A DNA stretch of 63,378 bases, filler included, from Octopus bimaculoides (taxonomy: Eukaryota): the NCBI RefSeq assembly GCF_001194135.2. It is 7 parts of 6 records of this genome, joined end to end, with 100 filler letters (N's around TTAATTAATTAA, not from the genome) between each part and the next. Parts side by side here need not be neighbours in the genome. Positions count along the whole stretch, not along the records: positions 61,362 to 63,378 come from NW_026396771.1; 6 more parts are not named here. One strand, 5' to 3'. The first letter of the stretch is position 1. Each line of letters starts with the position of its first letter. This document shows, piece after piece, positions 61,700 to 63,378 of the stretch. The notes beneath the pieces were generated by a model. It worked only from the letters and a program-made list of their open reading frames with translations, did not search any database and had not been told where the DNA came from. The translations under genes and the position numbers were made by a program.

Positions 61700-62935
61700 A
61701 GCGGCAGCGCTGGAGGTTTTGATGATGATGATGACGACGATGATGATGACGGTGATGACGGTGATAACGATGATGACAAGGATGACGGTGATGATGATGA
61801 TGATGAAAAACTATTGTGACAAGTGGTGATAGTGGTGGTGGTGGTGGTGGATTGTTATGATGCTAATGGTAGGAGTAATGGTGGTTGCGGTAAGAGTATT
61901 GATAATGGTGGCGACCATCTCGTTGGTGATGATGATAATAGTGATGTTANNNNNNNNNNNNNNNNNNNNNNNNNNNNNNNNNNNNNNNNNNNNNNNNNNN
62001 NNNNNNNNNNNNNNNNNNNNNNNNNNNNNNNNNNNNNNNNNNNNNNNNNNNNNNNNNNNNNNNNNNNNNNNNNNNNNNNNNNNNNNNNNNNNNNNNNNNN
62101 NNNNNNNNNNNNNNNNNNNNNNNNNNNNNNNNNNNNNNNNNNNNNNNNNNNNNNNNNNNNNNNNNNNNNNNNNNNNNNNNNNNNNNNNNNNNNNNNNNNN
62201 NNNNNNNNNNNNNNNNNNNNNNNNNNNNNNNNNNNNNNNNNNNNNNNNNNNNNNNNNNNNNNNNNNNNNNNNNNNNNNNNNNNNNNNNNNNNNNNNNNNN
62301 NNNNNNNNNNNNNNNNNNNNNNNNNNNNNNNNNNNNNNNNNNNNNNNNNNNNNNNNNNNNNNNNNNNNNNNNNNNNNNNNNNNNNNNNNNNNNNNNNNNN
62401 NNNNNNNNNNNNNNNNNNNNNNNNNNNNNNNNNNNNNNNNNNNNNNNNNNNNNNNNNNNNNNNNNNNNNNNNNNNNNNNNNNNNNNNNNNNNNNNNNNNN
62501 NNNNNNNNNNNNNNNNNNNNNNNNNNNNNNNNNNNNNNNNNNNNNNNNNNNNNNNNNNNNNNNNNNNNNNNNNNNNNNNNNNNNNNNNNNNNNNNNNNNN
62601 NNNNNNNNNNNNNNNNNNNNNNNNNNNNNNNNNNNNNNNNNNNNNNNNNNNNNNNNNNNNNNNNNNNNNNNNNNNNNNNNNNNNNNNNNNNNNNNNNNNN
62701 NNNNNNNNNNNNNNNNNNNNNNNNNGTGATGGTTCTAGTAGTGGTGGTGGTAGTGGTTTGTGATGGTTATGGTTGTGGTGGTGGTGGCGGCGTTGGTTTT
62801 GGTGGGAGTGGTGAGTGTGATGGTGGTATCGGTGGTGGTTGTAGTAGTGGTGATGGTTCTAGTGGTGGTAGTGGTTTGTGACGATTATGGTGGTGGTGGT
62901 GGTGCGGACTGTGACGACGGTGGTGATAGGTGGAC
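61700..62935. repeat. Compound (GAT/GGT)n low-complexity tract spanning a gap
   Basis: Visible directly on both sides of the N gap 61950-62725. Confidence 0.85.
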
Positions 62936-63378
62936 GGTTGATTACATATAAGACTAATAGTAGTGGTGTATAAGGATGGTGCGAGATAATACGTCTTCCT
63001 TTAATAAAGAATACCAAACACCAAGTAAAAAGAGATAGATGACATTTTATGGCGAGGATTTAAGGAAGCTAAACGAAGAAATGGAAGAAATGCAAAATTA
63101 TATTCATCCTTTCTTTTCTTGGCAGGAATAATCAAGAACAATCTTTGGTTTATTTACTCTTTTCTTTACAATCAAGAAAAAGAAAAAAAGTTTAAAAAAT
63201 GCTAATAGATACTAAGAAGAGAAGCCGACTCAACAAAAAAAAAATATTATAAAAATGACGATCGTGTTTAATGTTGATTTACACCAACAAAGGGAAAAAT
63301 ATAGGGCAGAGTATACCACTAGTGATCGTTCCGTAACTCCTCTTAAAGAAAAGGTTCCCCTTTCCCACCACAATAAAA

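Noticed and set aside
16169-62881. Long ORFs in the track made of X, or of YIYI, CVCV, HTHT, ERER and poly-H/V runs
   Set aside because: They are translations of N gaps and microsatellites.

Overview
AT-rich, microsatellite- and SINE-dense animal genomic DNA from a gapped draft assembly. It is most likely an octopus (inferred from the SINE families, a C2H2-ZNF remnant and the repeat landscape). The only intact gene I can support is the 5' end of a minus-strand PTPN13-like gene: four spliced coding exons (20867-20741, 9605-9436, 8790-8725, 7257-7165) that join in frame into 152 aa of an N-terminal KIND domain. The rest of that gene is not recognisable in this window. Everything else is intron or intergenic sequence containing several SINE families, Tc1, Tigger/pogo and other MITEs, two Helitron remnants, RTE, CR1-like and other LINE fragments, a fossil C2H2 zinc-finger array split by a Tigger MITE, and a ~1.5 kb decayed reading frame of unknown identity. 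The strongest lead is a tRNA-headed SINE-like element (38843-39085, minus) carrying a complete minimal type I hammerhead ribozyme fold. Three copies of a second repeat carry the same fold with a degenerate core. Together they suggest a ribozyme-bearing, possibly Penelope-mobilised non-autonomous retroelement system; I cannot check whether this is already described. No prokaryotic features, CRISPR arrays or rRNA are present. Most listed ORFs are microsatellite or N-gap artefacts. All translations and alignments were done by eye.
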